A stretch of 64,000 nt of DNA from an uncultured virus (IMG/VR IMGVR_UViG_3300025030_000084) (taxonomy: Duplodnaviria > Heunggongvirae > Uroviricota > Caudoviricetes): IMG/VR virus record IMGVR_UViG_3300025030_000084; one strand, written 5' to 3'. This document shows, piece by piece, positions 36,444 through 45,380 of the stretch. Each line of letters opens with the position of its first letter. The stretch's first letter is position 1. A program made the position numbers and the translations under genes. The notes under the pieces are model-generated. The model saw only the letters and a list, made by a program, of their open reading frames with translations, had not been told where the DNA came from and did not search any database.

Positions 36444-36493
36444 GATTAAACCCCCTGCCCCGGATTAACCGCCGGGGCGCGGTCCATGTAACG

Positions 36494-37636
36494 TTACATG
36501 TTCATTTTGATAACTTCGCCGAAAGGTACTTTGTGTTTACGGCCAGCAGTGGCAACCCAAAGGACCGGATAGTCCGGGGCAGGGCCAAAATCGTCCGCGT
36601 CAAGGTCCGTGAGATAGACAACACAAGTAACCGGCTCATCCATTGCATTGACGTGTTCAAACAGGGGACTAAACCGCGTCCCTCCCCTACCCTTTGCGTT
36701 AAGCTTGACGGGCCGGTTGTCCTGTGTGAAGACTTCAACCCCGTTGACTGCCGTGTCAACGTAAACGGCGTGAATAATGGTATGGTAATGAGTGAGTATA
36801 TCATCGATCTCACTTGCGAATTGCTCAAGGTCTTCTTTGCTAACGGAGCCAGAAGTGTCTATTGCAACTATGATGGGGGGCAGTTCTTCAGAGTGCAAGC
36901 TTGGCAGGATTACCCCGCGCCCCGTAAACCTGTTATTCGGTTTACGGAATGAGTAATCATTTTTGGCCTGCTGTTCAACAAACCTTTGCAGCGCCTCTCT
37001 CCAGTTCACTTTCGGCTCGTTAAGCTTCTCTATCAGTTCTTCTATGCCTCCCGGCAGCTTGCCACAACCTTTAGCCTGTTGTGCCGCTTGGGTTGCTGCA
37101 ATCTGCCAGTCCTGCGCCTGTAAATCCTTTTGCGCCTGCGTTGCTTGTTGATCGGGGGAATTGCCCGGAAAATCTCTAACCTCCCCGCATTGACCGGGGT
37201 CCGCTTTACCCTGCCCCCCGCCATCTTGCTTCTCTTGCCTGCGCTTGTCATAAATCGTTTCCGCGTTCATGTTGTGGTATTTGGCGTCAATCAAACCGCC
37301 TTTAGGGAGTACCATGCCCGCGTCAACCACAATCTGATTAATGGCATAATCCCCCGCTTCATTCCACTGCTGCCCGTCCCGTCCTTCGCGCCTGCAATGA
37401 TGCGCAACGGCAAGGTGCATTACTTCATGACAGATTAGCCCTTTCAGGCCATCCATATTCAGCGCCTCGATAAACTTGGGATTGTACCCGAGTGTTACCC
37501 CGTCAACCCATGCGGTTTCACATTTGGTATCTTCTTGCAGCATGAGACGCAAAGCGAGGGAGCCAAAAAACGGGGAGTCCAGTATTAAAGCAGCCCTTGC
37601 CTTTACCATCAAATCGTGTACTTTCTGATTTTCCAT
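36494..37636 (-). CDS. Metallopeptidase-like + vWA domain protein (DUF2201 family)
   Basis: HEVMH (HExxH), WNEAGDYAIN, MIDAS DTSGS, GGT.F, LTD. Confidence 0.85.
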   Translation of the reverse strand: MENQKVHDLMVKARAALILDSPFFGSLALRLMLQEDTKCETAWVDGVTLGYNPKFIEALNMDGLKGLICHEVMHLAVAHHCRREGRDGQQWNEAGDYAINQIVVDAGMVLPKGGLIDAKYHNMNAETIYDKRRQEKQDGGGQGKADPGQCGEVRDFPGNSPDQQATQAQKDLQAQDWQIAATQAAQQAKGCGKLPGGIEELIEKLNEPKVNWREALQRFVEQQAKNDYSFRKPNNRFTGRGVILPSLHSEELPPIIVAIDTSGSVSKEDLEQFASEIDDILTHYHTIIHAVYVDTAVNGVEVFTQDNRPVKLNAKGRGGTRFSPLFEHVNAMDEPVTCVVYLTDLDADDFGPAPDYPVLWVATAGRKHKVPFGEVIKMNM

Positions 37637-37724
37637 TGTGTTACCTCCTGTTTTGTGGTCATGTGTTAAGTAAATAATGGGCGATTCTAGCGCCGTAAAT
37701 TACCCTAGAATCGCCTTTAAATGC

Positions 37725-38579
37725 TTAACCGCCACAATATCCCGCCATAAGGTCAAGGATGGCCTTAGCGTCTTTTGCTGCGTCCTTACGTTCAATCGGG
37801 TTGCTGCGCAGGCTAGCAGGGTCGAGGGTTGCTATCTTGTCTTCTATGAGTGCAACCGTCCGGGTTAACTTACGGTCCCCGGTAATGTTCAGGCGGGGGA
37901 TGAGATCCGTTAATTCAGCAACGTTGCCGATGAGAGAATCGTGAAAGGTCTTTTCACTGTCAGACAACCGCTCCTCAACCTTGCCAAGTACATCTTTGAG
38001 GCGGTCCCAAAGGTCCGTCATAGCAGTTTGTTGTGCCGCTTCAACCCTTGCCTTGATTTGCGCCTGTATTGCCTGTACCTCATCAGATTGCAGCGTAACA
38101 CGGAAGTCGCCCGCATCCGGCAACGGGTCAACGAAAAAATCAAAATCGAACTTTCGGCTAATCTGTGAAGCGGAGGGGTAATCGGTTTCATTGTAGAGTG
38201 AACCAAGCAACCCTTTTGCCTCCTGAACCAATGCGGGGTAATTGTCAAGCAACGCGTTAACGGCATTCTGAAATGCGCCTTTCAGCTTGCGCATTTCTTC
38301 AGTGTAGGGCAGGAAGTTTGCCGCAGGAAGGATGCGCGCCCCGTTGTCATTCCACGGCAACGTGTTTGTGTAGTGGAACGTTCTAGCAGCGCCGATGGTA
38401 GCTTGTACCGTTTTCAGCGCCTCTTTTGCTATCAAGGTCTTGTTGTAGCGTCCCGTTCCCTCTTTGCTGCCGGATTGTTGTTGCACCGTTGCCGTTGCGC
38501 TTTTGTCCTGTTTCCTTGCCTGCCATGACGAAATGTTAAGGGAAACGAGCATTGCTTTTTGTGCCAATGAAGTAGTCAT
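37725..38579 (-). CDS. DUF3150-like helical protein
   Basis: TLPWND.GARILP...DYPS pattern; sits between the AAA ATPase and vWA genes. Confidence 0.55.
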   Translation of the reverse strand: MTTSLAQKAMLVSLNISSWQARKQDKSATATVQQQSGSKEGTGRYNKTLIAKEALKTVQATIGAARTFHYTNTLPWNDNGARILPAANFLPYTEEMRKLKGAFQNAVNALLDNYPALVQEAKGLLGSLYNETDYPSASQISRKFDFDFFVDPLPDAGDFRVTLQSDEVQAIQAQIKARVEAAQQTAMTDLWDRLKDVLGKVEERLSDSEKTFHDSLIGNVAELTDLIPRLNITGDRKLTRTVALIEDKIATLDPASLRSNPIERKDAAKDAKAILDLMAGYCGG

Positions 38580-38688
38580 GATTATGTCTCCTTTGTGTGG
38601 TTGCTGTTGTGGTTGCCGTTTTGATGGGTGTTTGAAGTGATTTAACGCGGGGTTTATTGCCTCCTGAATAAACCCCGCTAAAATCGCT

Positions 38689-39687
38689 TTAAATCAAAAC
38701 ACTGCTGTTCTTAGTAGCCCATGCCACATAGGAGCGCGTATTACATACCTGCCGGTCCCGTTTAACCGCGTCCCGTACCAGTAAAACCTGAAATTCGGGG
38801 GGCATCCTGTCGGCAAACTTCAGTATCCTGTCAATCGTGGTTTCACTTGCTTTGCGCGCCAGTCCCCCCGCAAGGGCAAAAAGGATGGAGGGGTTTTTCG
38901 GCATGGGGACCGCATCCGGATCCAACAGTATTTCGTCAACCGATGGGAGTTCCCGGTAGATTTTCAGAAAGGCAAGGAATTCAGCAGAGAATGCCTCTCC
39001 CACTATGCCGGTGTAAACCTCATGCTCCAGATGGGCCGGTATGCCAAGCTTGAGAGCTTCGCCCACCGCCGCAACCGTCCGCGGGCAGGGGGAATTGACA
39101 AGGTCCGCCGATGGTTTGAAGTCATGCAACAGCGCGGGCCGGAACTTTATGAAAGCGATTAACTCGATGGGCAGGTCCGCATTAAGCGCCCATTTAATCC
39201 AGTCTTCAGTGTCAACGTCAAGGGTATGAATGCCTCCGGTGAAACGGGATTTGACCGGCTCCAGCATACCGGCAACCCCTGCGCGGTCTTCTCTTCTGTT
39301 GGTTGCTGCCATGAATGCAACGTGATCGGAAATTTTAATGCCGTTTATTTCCCTTGCAAGCAACAGCTGCATGAGTGCCGATTGTACGGACGGTGCAGCC
39401 TGCCCCACATCGTCAAGGAAACAGATGGTCAGCTTTTCGGCGTACATCAGTTTGCGTAATTCGCCATAAGGCAAGAATTCGGCCTGCCCCTCCACGATTC
39501 CGGGGAGCCCTTTGTAGTCTGTCGGGTCCGATACTACCGGATGCATGATTATGAGGTCCGCGTTAAGTTCAGCGGCAACCTGCGCCATAATGTCAGACTT
39601 GCCGATGCCCGGAGCGCCCTTGATTAACACGGGACGTTTTCCCATTGCCATGCATACCAGAACGGATTTCAAATCTGAACTTTTCAT
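38689..39687 (-). CDS. MoxR-like AAA+ ATPase
   Basis: GAPGIGKS, FLDDVGQA, AATN, V.SRF, SPCPRT. Confidence 0.85.
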   Translation of the reverse strand: MKSSDLKSVLVCMAMGKRPVLIKGAPGIGKSDIMAQVAAELNADLIIMHPVVSDPTDYKGLPGIVEGQAEFLPYGELRKLMYAEKLTICFLDDVGQAAPSVQSALMQLLLAREINGIKISDHVAFMAATNRREDRAGVAGMLEPVKSRFTGGIHTLDVDTEDWIKWALNADLPIELIAFIKFRPALLHDFKPSADLVNSPCPRTVAAVGEALKLGIPAHLEHEVYTGIVGEAFSAEFLAFLKIYRELPSVDEILLDPDAVPMPKNPSILFALAGGLARKASETTIDRILKFADRMPPEFQVLLVRDAVKRDRQVCNTRSYVAWATKNSSVLI

Positions 39688-39806
39688 TTGCTGCCTCCTT
39701 TGTGGTTGATGCTGTGTTGTGTGCTGTGTCTCAAGTAAATGATAGGTGATTCTAGCACCGTGAATGCCTCTAGAATCACCTGTAAATACTTCAGGCAGGG
39801 GTAATG

Positions 39807-40376
39807 CTAGGTTGCGTCATGTGCCAGCTTGTACGCGCCGTCCTTTTCAGCAACGAATCCCATCAACAGCAGGGAGGGCATGTTATACCTGAACATGACC
39901 TCCGAAACGAAAAACGCTTTCTTTGCGTTTTCCGGTTTTGCGTCGGGGTTCTTTTCCCTGTACAGCTTGTCCGCGTGCTCGACTATGTCCTTTTTCGTCC
40001 CCCCCGTCTTCAGCGCGTCCACGAAAGCATGGCTCCGGGTGTAGTTGTCCGCTTTAGCAACGCCGTTCTTCTTACCCTTGCCGGTGACTTTCTTGCCTGC
40101 CTCAACTACACGGCGTTTCGGGGCGGGCGGGGTAATACCGATCATGGTGAGGGTCTTGACGGCGCTGTCAGTAAACCTGAACTCCTCCGGGGTTTCCGGG
40201 GCGAAGTCCTTGCTGGTGAATTCGCTGCTGAAGTCCAGAACGGCGTCCGTGAGAGTCTTGACGGTTGCTTTGCTGGAAACGTCAACCCCTTCCCCCTTCT
40301 CCGGGTTGAAACCCATAACGCGGTTGACTTCGATGCCCAATGTTACCAGAACGTCCCGTTTAATTGCTGCGCTCAT
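39807..40376 (-). CDS. Paralogue of 22765-23523 with C-terminal winged-helix-like domain
   Basis: DNYTRSHAFVDALK...SEVMFRY; AGGAGG RBS. Confidence 0.7.
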   Translation of the reverse strand: MSAAIKRDVLVTLGIEVNRVMGFNPEKGEGVDVSSKATVKTLTDAVLDFSSEFTSKDFAPETPEEFRFTDSAVKTLTMIGITPPAPKRRVVEAGKKVTGKGKKNGVAKADNYTRSHAFVDALKTGGTKKDIVEHADKLYREKNPDAKPENAKKAFFVSEVMFRYNMPSLLLMGFVAEKDGAYKLAHDAT

Positions 40377-40545
40377 TGTGTGCCTCCTGTTGTGTGTTGT
40401 GTTGCGTGAATGTTTAGTGGTGAATGGTTGCCGTAGTTGCTACATGTGGTTGAAGTAAAGAACCTCCCCGCAAGCGCATTTCCCTTGTTTGCAAACGGAC
40501 CCGCAACGAGAATAAACCTTTTCTTTTCCATTTGCGTCCCCTTGT

Positions 40546-40635
40546 CTAGTTATTGAAAAAAGAAAACTGCGAAATGATGGTAACTATGACCAGTCCCCAA
40601 TAAACCGCTATTGCCATTCTCTTGATGGTATGCAT
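40546..40635 (-). CDS. Small membrane peptide (29 aa)
   Basis: AAGGAG RBS; single TM segment; first ORF after the long leader. Confidence 0.45.
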   Translation of the reverse strand: MHTIKRMAIAVYWGLVIVTIISQFSFFNN

Positions 40636-41051
40636 TTTGATCTCCTTTAATTTCCTGCCTGCACATTGGCGCAAATTACGATAAGTTGTTCTTTCGTTTT
40701 GCGTTGCAATTCTTTTACCGTGTATGCTGCCGTCATTTTGAGTATGCGATTGATCCATACTGTTTTGCTCATAATCAACCTCCGTTGAATTTGGAATAAC
40801 TAGCAGAAACGCGTTATTCAATTAACCTAGTCCGTAAGTCACTCCGTCAAGAGTAAACCTTAGTAGGCAACGGTTTAACGCGTTTCTAGTTGCTATTCTA
40901 AACAGTCTAAATGATGTGCTGTTGTAGCTTTGCGCCTAATGGGTTGCTATGCCATTTAGCACCGTGATTTAGCATGTCCAGCTTGCTTGTTGTCTCAGCT
41001 TCACAGCCGTGCAACGCACATACTCTCTTGCCGCGCTAAATCACTATGAGG

Positions 41052-41063
41052 TTGTCAAAGAAC
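41052..41063 (-). promoter_or_regulatory. BoxA-like antitermination element
   Basis: GTTCTTTGACAA on the minus strand, ~200 nt downstream of the early promoter. Confidence 0.45.
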
Positions 41064-41266
41064 TACATGTCCGCTTGCTGGGGCAAACTAGACTAGGTTG
41101 GCGCTTATGCCGTTTCGTTTCCTCATGTGGTCCTATTTCTGCTATGAGCCGTAACGTCGCGCTAATCGACAAACAGGGGACCGGAGGTAAACCGGGAAAA
41201 CGCCGAAAGTGGAAAGAACAGATTTGTTTCTGTGCTGCCGTCGCGTCTCAAAAACCGCTTGCGCTT

Positions 41267-41295
41267 TTTATACCATACAAAATAAGGGTTGTCTA
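41267..41295 (-). promoter_or_regulatory. Early sigma70-type promoter
   Basis: TAGACA-17 bp-TATAAA with extended -10 TG and an AT-rich upstream region. Confidence 0.6.
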
Positions 41296-42756
41296 GCTTT
41301 TGATAACGAATTTTTTAAAAAAAGTGAAAAAACTTTCAACCCCTTGAAAACCCCATGTTTCACGGCATTCCCAGCGATTCTAACAGGCAACCGCAAATAA
41401 CCCCACAACAGCCATTCCATACATGTCGATTTAACCGGCACAGGAAACAGACACGTACCAATTAACACCGATTGCCAGAACGTCCCTGTATGGCCTATTC
41501 ATGACGCCTAAAACACATAGCACGTAAGGCGTCACAGCTACACGGCGACACATGCCAGCTAAAGGCATGTAATGGGGCGTTGTCACATGCTCTAAGTAAT
41601 CGCGTTGCAACCGTAATGCCAATAGTATCAAAATGACGAAAATAACGTAAAATACAGCTAAATTTTAATCTAAAAACGCGTAAAACCGAAAAATCGAAAA
41701 TGCCTCTAGAACGAACGAGAATGCCCTTTAAATCGGTCGAGCCCTTTCTGAATACCACTATAGCCACGTTTTGAATTGATAACAGTGAACAGCCATAAAA
41801 CACATACTTACAATTGAATTTGATATGCAATCGAAAATTTTATGCCCCTTAAAACGAAAGCTAGCAACAAATCCAGTGAAACAAGGCATTGTAACCAAAA
41901 ACAACCAAATAAACCCACACAACAGGTAACAGGAACAACGTGACACATTCTTTACCATTCTGATGGTGATAACACTTCTTTAAACCCTCATAAACTCATT
42001 TGCCCAATACCATAATCAATCACACAACAGGCAGCTAAACAAATGAATGGAATGAAACCACAACGGACAATATGTAGAACGTACCACTATAGGCTATACG
42101 TCACAGTACCATTACCACGTCACAGTGTCATAACGTCACAGCTATACATGTTGAACGTGTCAGGTGTGTGTTGTGTGGTCATGGTATCAACGCAACACAA
42201 TTACCCCAAATATGGCAACCCCACACTGACACGTCGTCCATTGAAAATCTCACTGGATCAAAACACATGTAGAGCACGCCACACGTTCACAGCCATACAG
42301 AACAGCGCTGCATTGCCTCATGTAACCGCACTGGAACGGCAAGGCATACCAGAACAGCACAAGGGCACAACGTACCACTACAACGGCGCTACACGGCTCG
42401 TTTTACAACTCTCTGTTGCCGAAAGGGGGTTTATATGCCGTGCAACAAGGCGTTTCAATCACATTGATAATGATTATTACCTTGAAAGTTGTTATCACCC
42501 TCACCCGTGATTTTTCCGACAGGGCGCAGGGCAATAATATAGACGGGGTGTATGCGCGAACTCAAATTATAGAAGACGAAAATCTGATAACACCCCCACC
42601 CCCTATTCCGATAACAAAATAAATTCAGTTCAACACAGGTGGTATAGGGGGGGGGGGTAAAATTCATAGTTACGTTTTATAAAATTGACTTTTGGGGTTT
42701 TATATGGCAAAATCCCTTTGCAATTGAGCGTTGCAACTACAAATTCAGGGGGTGTT

Positions 42757-43458
42757 ATGAACAAAGAAACAACAGGCGCTAAAATCGTTAGGTATGTGGC
42801 TTATTATAGGGTTTCTACACAGAAGCAAGGACAGAGCGGTTTAGGTTTAGATGCACAACGCGCCATGATAGCAGATTTTATGAAATATAATACCGGGGAA
42901 TTGGTGGCGGAATACACTGAAATTGAATCTGGTAAACGTTCCGATAGACCTCAATTAGCCGCTGCAATGCGTCATGCCGATCTTATAGGTGGCAAGCTGT
43001 TAGTGGGGAAGCTGGACAGGTTATCAAGAGATTTGCATTTCATTACTTCTTTACAGAAATCAAAGGTGGAATTCGCTGTTTGTGATTTACCGGGGTGTGA
43101 CAGTTTCACCATTCACATATACGGTGCTTTGGCTCAGAGAGAACGGGAAATGATATCATCCAGAACTAAGGCGGGACTTCAGGCTGCTAAGGCTAGGGGT
43201 GTTATCCTCGGCACCAACAACCTGAAACCTGAGTTAGTGAAAGAGGCCAGTGACAAAGGTAACGCCGTTATCAAACGGAACGCAGAGGCGTTTGCGGATA
43301 AGGTTATCACTATCATACGGGCGTTACGGGATCAGGGTAAGAGCCTTCAGGTAATCGCCAATGAATTATGTCGGCTAGGGGTACAAACAGCTAGGGGTGG
43401 AGCTTGGACACCTACGGCGGTACGTAATGTAATGGTGAGGGTAGAGAATAGAGCGTAG
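42757..43458 (+). CDS. Serine recombinase (resolvase family)
   Basis: YYRVSTQKQ catalytic Ser, RPQL, KLDRLSR, EREMISSRTKAGL; ~233 aa. Confidence 0.92.
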   Translation: MNKETTGAKIVRYVAYYRVSTQKQGQSGLGLDAQRAMIADFMKYNTGELVAEYTEIESGKRSDRPQLAAAMRHADLIGGKLLVGKLDRLSRDLHFITSLQKSKVEFAVCDLPGCDSFTIHIYGALAQREREMISSRTKAGLQAAKARGVILGTNNLKPELVKEASDKGNAVIKRNAEAFADKVITIIRALRDQGKSLQVIANELCRLGVQTARGGAWTPTAVRNVMVRVENRA

Positions 43459-43479
43459 AGGCTTCCGTATTTACGTTTT

Positions 43480-43526
43480 AAAGGGGGTTCAGGGGGCGGG
43501 TAAGGCTAACCCCTACCCCCTTTTGT
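43480..43526. terminator. Probable terminator at convergent genes
   Basis: AAAGGGGGT...ACCCCCTTTT. Confidence 0.5.
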
Positions 43527-43537
43527 TGTGTCAGGGC

Positions 43538-43741
43538 TTATAGTGTCTTGCACAGTTCCAAAGCTTCGGTGGGCGTGAATCCTTCTGCTATCAGTGCTTC
43601 GTATTTACTACGGTGTAACTTGGCGGTGATCTGATAGTATTCCAGTTGATCTGATAATGTTTCTTTCAGATAACGCAAACCTTCCTTGAACTTGTCGGGC
43701 TTACCACTACCTGTTATCGCTGTTACGTTACCCTTTACCAT
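43538..43741 (-). CDS. Hypothetical protein
   Basis: AAGGAG RBS; KYEALIAEGFT..EALELC motif common in phages. Confidence 0.65.
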   Translation of the reverse strand: MVKGNVTAITGSGKPDKFKEGLRYLKETLSDQLEYYQITAKLHRSKYEALIAEGFTPTEALELCKTL

Positions 43742-43940
43742 CTGTTATCTCCTTTTGCGGCACCATGCGGGTCAAAAAGCACTCGATAAACCATTCATGG
43801 AAATTGGGTTGCAAGTTACCCTGAAAATCGGTGAAGTCTTTAAATGTTATCGAAGTTACTTCACGAATACCTCGACCGACCATCATACACCCCGGCTTTA
43901 TTTCTTCCTCTTCCCCCGTGTCGTCCCAAATTACGCGCAT
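43728..43940 (-). CDS. Hypothetical protein
   Basis: GGAGGAG RBS. Confidence 0.5.
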   Translation of the reverse strand: MRVIWDDTGEEEEIKPGCMMVGRGIREVTSITFKDFTDFQGNLQPNFHEWFIECFLTRMVPQKEITDGKG

Positions 43941-43941
43941 G

Positions 43942-44145
43942 TTATCTCCTCCTTCTTCGTGGTGTAGGTTCTTCCAAAGCGATAACTTCTGTTGTTTTTA
44001 TTTTACATGTGTCAGCGATACCAAAATATAATGTCGGACCATACACCCTAGTGATACCAGATTCAACCAACTCTTTATGGATCATGTCCAAGGCTTCAAA
44101 TATGGTGAGATTTCCAGATATGTGTATCTTTTCTGATTTACCCAT
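43942..44145 (-). CDS. Hypothetical protein
   Basis: TAATG coupling; ends PRRRRR. Confidence 0.5.
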   Translation of the reverse strand: MGKSEKIHISGNLTIFEALDMIHKELVESGITRVYGPTLYFGIADTCKIKTTEVIALEEPTPRRRRR

Positions 44146-45017
44146 TATTTGTACCTCTCCTGTACGATTTGCGTGTAATATTCCAGATTGGCAACAAATA
44201 GCGGGAATCTGAAATCATACCCCTGTTCGTGAAAGACTTGTTTTCTAAAATGCAGCCTGAAAAAATCCACCAAACAATCTTCATCTTCTAAATCATTATC
44301 GATTATATATTTCTTAATAGCTTCTAATCCGGCGGTAATTTGCTGATCTGATAATGGAGGATGAACTTCGTGGCGGTAATATTTAAAATCTTCAAAAAAG
44401 GCGGCGATAACATTTTCTTCTATAGTGGAAGGATTTGTGTTTATTTTGTTAAACAGCGTATAGGAGCGTTTAGTGGAGGAAGGGTTTGTTGTTCTTTTGG
44501 ACCTACCAAAAGATTCTCCTGAACAAACGTCGAGCGCGGGTTTTTCGCGCTCCGACGTCCTTTTTTTATTTTCTATAGTATTCTCTATAATAGTCTTGGT
44601 AGTAGTAGAGTAGTAGGGGGGTAGTATTTTACTACTACCCCCTCCCCCTTCGTTTTTGTTGCTCTTGCTGAGTTTTGCTATGGTTTCGGTTTGGAGCTTC
44701 GTCATGAGGTCGCACGGTACTTTTAGGTATCGCGTGGTGCCTCTAAATTCATCTACAGTGAACTGAGCTATCAAAAAGTTCAATTCAATTAGTTTTGAAA
44801 TTGACTTGCTCACGGATTGTTTACTAATTCTAGCCCTCACACCAATGAAGTTGTTGGATGCCCAGCACCCCACTTCGCTGTATGCTAAATTCTGCACAAT
44901 CCCAAAAATCAACTTGTCAGTTGATGTTAGTTCGTCTGACAAAATAACTTCGGCTGGAATCCATAGACCGGTGAAAGTCCACGCCGCTGTTTTGTCTGTG
45001 TGTGGACTTTCTAGCAT
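44145..45017 (-). CDS. Second replication-initiator-like HTH protein
   Basis: FTGLWIPAEVILSDELTSTDKLIFGIV...GCWASN, similar to 26689-27687. Confidence 0.7.
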   Translation of the reverse strand: MLESPHTDKTAAWTFTGLWIPAEVILSDELTSTDKLIFGIVQNLAYSEVGCWASNNFIGVRARISKQSVSKSISKLIELNFLIAQFTVDEFRGTTRYLKVPCDLMTKLQTETIAKLSKSNKNEGGGGSSKILPPYYSTTTKTIIENTIENKKRTSEREKPALDVCSGESFGRSKRTTNPSSTKRSYTLFNKINTNPSTIEENVIAAFFEDFKYYRHEVHPPLSDQQITAGLEAIKKYIIDNDLEDEDCLVDFFRLHFRKQVFHEQGYDFRFPLFVANLEYYTQIVQERYK

Positions 45018-45214
45018 TTCTTTTTCCCTCGCTCTCTTTCTTTGCTGATTCGTATCGATTTCTCTAAAATTCGTTCCACGTCATTCATGGTTAAAAATTG
45101 AATAGCCATGCAGAGATCTGAACTATTTAGAGTGGAGATTGCAGTTATTAGGCGATCTTCTATCACTTCAGCCGGTTCTTTGTACCAAGCACCTTGTGCG
45201 TAAAACATAAACAC
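45011..45214 (-). CDS. Hypothetical protein
   Basis: AGGGAG RBS, downstream of the twin-hairpin leader. Confidence 0.5.
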   Translation of the reverse strand: MFMFYAQGAWYKEPAEVIEDRLITAISTLNSSDLCMAIQFLTMNDVERILEKSIRISKERERGKKKC

Positions 45215-45231
45215 TCCCTTGAAAATAAGAA

Positions 45232-45325
45232 AACCCCTTAGATGATTGCAGCATCTAAGGGGTTCCGAGGTTCCGGTGATTGCAGCACCGGAAACCGTAT
45301 CGTTGTGTGTTCAGCCCTGCAATGA
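45232..45325 (-). ncRNA. Twin-hairpin leader RNA with identical loops
   Basis: Two stems both looping ATTGCAG (+ strand), plus a complementary CTGCAAT at 45317. Confidence 0.6.
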
Positions 45326-45351
45326 CTCAACACTATTCTTTTGTGAAACGC

Positions 45352-45380
45352 ACCTTACACCACTAGACAAAACAAAGCAA
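45352..45380 (-). promoter_or_regulatory. Sigma70-type promoter
   Basis: TTGCTT-17 bp-TAAGGT. Confidence 0.5.

Noticed and set aside
41009..42667. Short ORFs in the A/C-rich region
   Set aside because: No good RBS, atypical composition and mutual overlaps; treated as non-coding.
42757..43458. Integrase indicating an integrated prophage
   Set aside because: Resolvase-sized protein lacking the large Zn-ribbon domain; no att/host junction or host genes in the window.
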